DNA of 64,000 nucleotides from a virus: IMG/VR virus record IMGVR_UViG_3300021406_000010, positions 64,001 to 128,000 of that record; one strand, 5' to 3'. Shown piece by piece: positions 59,366 to 64,000 of this stretch (position 1 is its first letter; each line of letters starts with the position of its first letter). The notes under the pieces were generated by a model. It saw only the letters and a program-made list of their open reading frames with translations, ran no database searches and was not told where the DNA came from. The position numbers and the translations under genes were made by a program.

Positions 59366-59906
59366 TTATGTCGGATTGAACTGGTTCGAGTTCAAGGGCA
59401 CGTAGTGGGTATACGCGAACGTGATTCCTTTTGTTACAGCCAGTGCGCCTACGGTGACTGTCTCCCCGTCGTTGATGTCCACTACCGTGACGTTCTGGTA
59501 GACCTTGCCGCGCCAGGACCCGGGAGTGCCCTCCGTGCCGGGCGGCTTGATCACCATCGAGGCCGTCACGTAGTTCGGGTCCTTCTGCAGCGCCAGGAAG
59601 ATGTCGACCATGTTCCAGGTCCCGGCCAGGCCGGCCAGCTGCCACCAGACGGGCTGGTTCCACAGCTCGCGGATGGTCACCATGACGGTGCCGCCGGAGA
59701 TCACCCTGGACGTGGCGATCTCCACCGGGAAGCTGGAGCCGATCGGCTGGATGAATTGATAAGGCTGGCCGGCATCCGAGAAGGCCCTCTGGCCTGAGTC
59801 CTCGCATTAACCAGCCTTCACAGAAGGCAATTGGTGCTTTGTTATATGACAACACAGTGTAGCCTGAACCGACTACCCTGGCCTTCGTGGCGGCGATGGT
59901 GACCAC
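59366..59906 (-). CDS. Tail tube protein interrupted by a 7-nt insert TTAATGC (59810-59804)
   Basis: ARVVGSGYT..PIAFCEGW | EDSGQRAFSDAGQPYQFIQPIGSSFPVEIATSR; lies downstream of the sheath gene. Confidence 0.78.
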
Positions 59907-59960
59907 CTCCTTTCGGCGAGTCTCGCGACATACTAACTATCGCAAGATAGTATTGGCTTA

Positions 59961-60824
59961 ATGAACATCATCGAGTACGAGCAGATCCTTCGTTCCGGAG
60001 ACATCGGCAGGCTCCCTGAACTGGACCGGTGGTACTGGTCCAAGGTCACTGTCATTGACGACGAGGATTCCTGCTGGGAGTACCGCGAGGCCACCCGCAA
60101 GCGCCCTCGCGGTAACTACGGGGCAGTGAGCATGGTCAACCCGAAGACGGGCCGCCGTGGCACGGTCAATGCCCAGCGGGTTGCCTTCTGGCTCGTCCAT
60201 GGCCACATGCCGGAGGTCGGCCGCCATGAGTGCGATAACCCGCCCTGCTGCCGACCGAAGCACATCCTCAACGGCAGCACTGCCGACAACAACCGGGACA
60301 AGGTCCTTCGCGGACGAGCGCTCGGGATCGGCGGGCAGAATGCCCTGAACCCCGACCTTGTCCGACAAGCGAGGACCATGTACCGCTCTGGCGTGGGAGT
60401 GCCGGAGATCGCGCGCCGCCTGGGCAAGAAGCTGGACGCTCTCCAGCTTGCGGTGAACGGGGTCACATGGGGATGGCTCATGGACCCGCCGCCGGTTGCG
60501 CCACATGAGCGGCGCAAGTCCGGGGGTAAACTCACCCAGCCGCAGGTCGACGAGATCAGGAGACTTCGAGCCGAAGGCAAGGGCATCGCCGAGCTGGGGA
60601 AGAGGTTCGGAGTCCACCACTCGAACATCTCCATCATCTGCCGGGACCTGCCCAGGGTCCGAGCCGTCCGGAAGGATGCCCGGTTCACCGATGAGCAGGT
60701 TCGCGAGATCCGGCGCCTTGGAGCAGAAGGCGAGAAGAGGGCGGTGATCGGAAGGCAGTTCGGCATCACCGAAGATGCCGTCCGCAAGATCGTCTCGCGC
60801 TACTCCTACTCCCATGTCGCCTAG
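59961..60824 (+). mobile_element. HNH endonuclease with C-terminal HTH repeats, inserted antisense between sheath and tube
   Basis: SCWEY, AQRVAFWL, RHECDNPPCCRPKHI, DNNRDK. Confidence 0.88.
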
Positions 60825-62356
60825 GCCCCCGTCGCCGAGGCGTTCTGCTGCGACTGCACCGCCACCAGGCCGCTGGACAGGTTCACCGACATCTGCACCG
60901 TAATAAAGTTCAGCGGGATGGCCGGGGCGTAGGAGAACGTCACCGCGATGATGGTCGGGCTGCCCGTCGGGTACGTCTGCTGGATCACCGACAGGCTGGA
61001 GTAGGCCTGGATCACCGAGGCGCCGATCGCCGCCTCGAGCACCCCGATGACCGCCTCCTGCACGGTGCTGACCGTGGTCGCGGTGATCGGGGAGCCGATC
61101 AGGCCGCTGCCCATCAGGCCCTGGCTGACCGCCAGCAGCAGCGAGTCCGACTGCCGCACCAGGGAGATCTCCTGGAAGTTCTGCGCGGACATGTCAGTCG
61201 TGAGGCCCTGGCGGCACGCCAGCACGCCGCTGAAGTTCAGCCCGCAGACCGACACCCCGGACGCCGCCAGCGAGTTCATGAAGGCCGGGGTCATCCTGGC
61301 GACGTCAGCCGGGGACAGCCCGGAGGTGCCCTTGATGACCTGGCCGGTCAGGCCGGTGCTGACCGGCAGCGACGACAGGACCGCCCCGAGCGCGACGGCG
61401 AGGTAGCAGCCCGACGCCTGCACGACCTGCGTGGTGACGCCGTTGTACAGCTGGACGACCTCCGGATAGGCGAGCACGGTGCGGCGGCTGCCGATCGAGG
61501 CCGCCAGCGTCGGGACGGGGATGTCGGCCTCGCCGTAGTTGCGGGGCAGCCCGATGATGGCCATCCGGGGGAAGCCGTCGTTGTAGGCGCTCCACATGGC
61601 GGCGTCGGTCTCCTGCGCCAGGGTCTGCAGGAGCGCCGCGACGGTGGTCGGGGACGAGGTGAGGTCGTCGGCGAAGACCGGCACCACGATGGTCGCCGCC
61701 ACCTGGCTGGCCACCTTGGCGTACGCGGAGGCGTACTGCTGCAGGAAGGTTCCGTCGCCCGGGTTGAGGGCCACGCACAGCAGGGTGGTGGCGCCGTTGG
61801 CGAACGCCACCTGGGCGGCGAGCGACAGCGGGTTCGCCACCTGGGACGCGTTGGGAGCGGCGGGCACCGCCGACAGGAACGGCTGCCCGTAGGCGTTGAT
61901 GACCGACTGCGGGTCGGTGAACGACTGCGGCCGGAAGTAGGTGCCGTCGGCGTAGGAGTAGGTGATGAAGACCTGCTGGCCGTTCGCGATCGCGGTGCTG
62001 GTGCTGACCCGGGTGATGGTCGCCCGCGCCAGGGTCGGGTCGCCTGACGGGTCGGGGATGGCGGTCAGCGCGTAGTCCACCCCTAGGGCCAGGACCGCGC
62101 CGGACGCGGTCGCCACGACAGGGGCGGGGATGGCGGGCGGCCCGGACTGCGCGGTGAGGAACGCCCCCGAGTAGGTGAGGGCCGTCGCGGTGGCCGAGGA
62201 GATGAGCAGCGACTGGACGGCGGTCCGGTACCCAGTCGCCGGGCCGACCAGGGTCAGCACCCGGGACGGGACCAGCACGGGGGTGACGATGGGGGTGCTG
62301 ACGTCCTGCACGTACACGCCCGGGGAGATGTATCCCGTGAAGCTCGGTATCGTCAA
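60821..62356 (-). CDS. Tail sheath protein
   Basis: YISPGVYVQD N-terminus, AFANGA, RQGLTT, PAIPLNFI C-terminus. Confidence 0.9.
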   Translation of the reverse strand: MTIPSFTGYISPGVYVQDVSTPIVTPVLVPSRVLTLVGPATGYRTAVQSLLISSATATALTYSGAFLTAQSGPPAIPAPVVATASGAVLALGVDYALTAIPDPSGDPTLARATITRVSTSTAIANGQQVFITYSYADGTYFRPQSFTDPQSVINAYGQPFLSAVPAAPNASQVANPLSLAAQVAFANGATTLLCVALNPGDGTFLQQYASAYAKVASQVAATIVVPVFADDLTSSPTTVAALLQTLAQETDAAMWSAYNDGFPRMAIIGLPRNYGEADIPVPTLAASIGSRRTVLAYPEVVQLYNGVTTQVVQASGCYLAVALGAVLSSLPVSTGLTGQVIKGTSGLSPADVARMTPAFMNSLAASGVSVCGLNFSGVLACRQGLTTDMSAQNFQEISLVRQSDSLLLAVSQGLMGSGLIGSPITATTVSTVQEAVIGVLEAAIGASVIQAYSSLSVIQQTYPTGSPTIIAVTFSYAPAIPLNFITVQMSVNLSSGLVAVQSQQNASATGA

Positions 62357-62446
62357 CGCGCCGCCTCCTGTCCCTGGCCCTTCCGGGGCTAGCAGGCCTT
62401 GTAGCCTGGAGGCGCACCGCTCTGTCCACTGAGCTGCGCGCATGCA

Positions 62447-62480
62447 GGGCCATGAGGCCGTTAGCAGCGGCCTCGTGGCC
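62447..62480. terminator. Intergenic hairpin
   Basis: GGCCATGAGGCCG / CGGCCTCGTGGCC. Confidence 0.5.
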
Positions 62481-62530
62481 TGGGCGGTCCCCCGCCGTCC
62501 CTTGGCAGGGAAAGATCCGGCGGGGACCGC

Positions 62531-63160
62531 TCAGGACGTGATGGCAACCGACAGCGGAGGCGCGCCGGGGTAGAACTGGTCGGTCGCGGTCACCTGGATC
62601 TCCTCCAGGACGGCGAGCTCGTAGGTGACCGGGTCGGAGACGAACTCGCCCACCACCTGGACGGCGAACCCGCGCTCGTAGATGACGTCCATCGTGCCCC
62701 ACGGGGTGCCCGGGGCGGCGGCCACGGCGCGGTCCTCGACGCTGTCCCAGCCCCAGGTGGAGGCGATCAGCGGATTGGCCTCCACCACCTGGCGGAACTG
62801 CGACGGGAATGACGACTGGGCGGCGAAGGCGGTCAGCGACACCAGCTGGTCGTACACCATGTCCCGCTCGTTGGACGTCAGGGCGACGATGGTGAAGGTC
62901 ACGTGGCCGGCGAACTTCCAGCGGGCGTAGGCGTTGCCCGCCGGGTCCTGCTCGGTGTAGGCGATGCCGACGTTGCGGAGCTCGGCGCCCTCGTAGTCCA
63001 CCCAGATGGCGGGGTACTGGGCATCATCGACCGGATACTCCACGGACACGTACGGGGGCCTGGTGCCCCCGGCCGGGTCCGGCTCGGGGTAGCGCACCCG
63101 GAAGGACTGCTCGATGGCCTGCACGGCAGAGGTCTTCAAAGACCGGAGGAACCCGCTCAC
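62531..63160 (-). CDS. Tail terminator/completion protein (putative)
   Basis: VEYP...YPAIWV...ALTSNERD; upstream of the sheath gene. Confidence 0.65.
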   Translation of the reverse strand: MSGFLRSLKTSAVQAIEQSFRVRYPEPDPAGGTRPPYVSVEYPVDDAQYPAIWVDYEGAELRNVGIAYTEQDPAGNAYARWKFAGHVTFTIVALTSNERDMVYDQLVSLTAFAAQSSFPSQFRQVVEANPLIASTWGWDSVEDRAVAAAPGTPWGTMDVIYERGFAVQVVGEFVSDPVTYELAVLEEIQVTATDQFYPGAPPLSVAITS

Positions 63161-63238
63161 ATGGCTTCCGTGGCACCCGGCAGTTGCAGCTGCCGGGATG
63201 CCCGTTCGGAGCCTGCACCTCCCTCCCAGAGGATGTTA

Positions 63239-63530
63239 GCAAGGAATGCCGTATGCTTGAGGCGCTTCGCAGTTGCAGGGACTTGCTCTCGCCGGGCAAG
63301 ACGGCCCGCCTGGGGTGGTAGCCAGGCGGGCCGTTCTCGTCCTTGGCAAGGAATGCCGTATGATGGCCATGGCTATTCGCAGTAGCCCTGGCCGGGTGAA
63401 AGCAGGCCGCCCTCTGGTAGCGAGGCGGCCTGCTCCCGACCTGGCAAGGAATGCCATATGATGGCATCATCCCCGCCAGGGGTTAGTCCCCCTGGCCCGA
63501 CGGCCCGCCACGGCGGGCCGTTTCCGTTTC
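63239..63530 (+). ncRNA. Three tandem promoter-hairpin-terminator cassettes (candidate small RNAs)
   Basis: GCAAGGAATGCC(G/A)TATG at 63239, 63346 and 63444, each followed by a GC-rich terminal hairpin. Confidence 0.55.
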
Positions 63531-63692
63531 CGGCTATCCTTGCCATCGGATGCGCAGCGTAGACGGACGTCCCGCAAGGGGCGGCGTAAGGCGGGGCCGG
63601 CTGGCCGGCGGCCGTCCCGCAGTCCAGCCTGGCGCCAGGCGGCACCGAGCGGCATCCTCGGTCCTGGGCCACGGCGCTCCCGGCCCGGGACC

Positions 63693-64000
63693 CTAGAACC
63701 GGGCGCGCCATCCCCGGTCGGCCGCGTAGACGCGAACCGGGAGGATGCCACCCTGTTCAGCGGCCAGCGCCATCGCGTGGTTCAGGAACTTGCGGGGAGA
63801 CAGGCCGGGGTGCCGCCAGCGGACCCCGACGTTCCCCGCCGCGATCGCCCCGCCCGTGCGGCCCGCCGTGGTCCAGGGCGCAGCGGCCTCGCGCCTGCCG
63901 ATCCGCCCGGGGGCGCCCGGGTAGGAGGCGAGCACCGTGTACTCCTCCATGGTCCCGTCGGCCTTCCTCCGCCGCCTGGTCAGGCGCTGGCCGATCGGCG
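63693..64000 (-). CDS. Neck/head-tail module protein, C-terminal part
   Basis: Frame open to the right edge; VRWRHPGL motif. Confidence 0.6.
   Translation of the reverse strand, partial: PIGQRLTRRRRKADGTMEEYTVLASYPGAPGRIGRREAAAPWTTAGRTGGAIAAGNVGVRWRHPGLSPRKFLNHAMALAAEQGGILPVRVYAADRGWRARF

Noticed and set aside
27768-59810. TTA reassigned as a stop codon
   Set aside because: Two TTA sites lie near codon 30 of tail genes whose coding continues in another frame, and TAA/TAG/TGA are used normally
59804-60824. Group I intron explaining the tube break or housing the adjacent HNH
   Set aside because: The insert is only 7 nt; the HNH is intergenic and antisense; no intron core recognised
63239-63460. 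CRISPR array
   Set aside because: The repeats are only 17 bp and end in a -10-like box; the spacers are 81-90 bp, structured and similar to each other; no cas operon
1-64000. tRNA or rRNA genes, including a phage tRNA-Leu(UAA)
   Set aside because: None recognised by eye; tRNAscan-SE or ARAGORN on the whole genome is needed, and the result bears on the UUA model

Overview
A 64 kb piece of a large, high-GC (about 72% by eye) contractile-tailed phage of a mycelial actinomycete. The gene set resembles the Bxz1/E3/BRock-type actinobacterial myoviruses (inference). Nearly all genes are on the minus strand. From left to right: terminase; a recombination/replication block (RuvC-like, Cas4-like exonuclease, RecA, DnaE, SSB-like, J-domain, primase-polymerase/SF3 helicase, flap endonuclease); a plasmid/AICE-type transfer module (TraB/FtsK-like, Spd/DUF2637-like, TraA-like) beside a DivIVA-like gene; a GH25 endolysin; SNF2 and DinG helicases; and a baseplate/tail module. 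Three free-standing HNH endonucleases are present. Main result: a manual scan found only five in-frame TTA (bldA-type rare Leu) codons in the credible genes, and each sits exactly at a reading-frame anomaly with a matching or near-matching codon just downstream. Two of them break tail genes, including the tail tube. This suggests a multi-gene UUA-triggered ribosomal bypass system. Other observations: two distant TGCAC iteron clusters (possible bipartite origin), a three-unit promoter-hairpin-terminator small-RNA array, a recurring phage promoter motif driving leaderless genes, probable ATC/ATT start codons, and an HNH that captured and recoded the 5' end of its host gene. All functional calls come from motif recognition; no database search was run.
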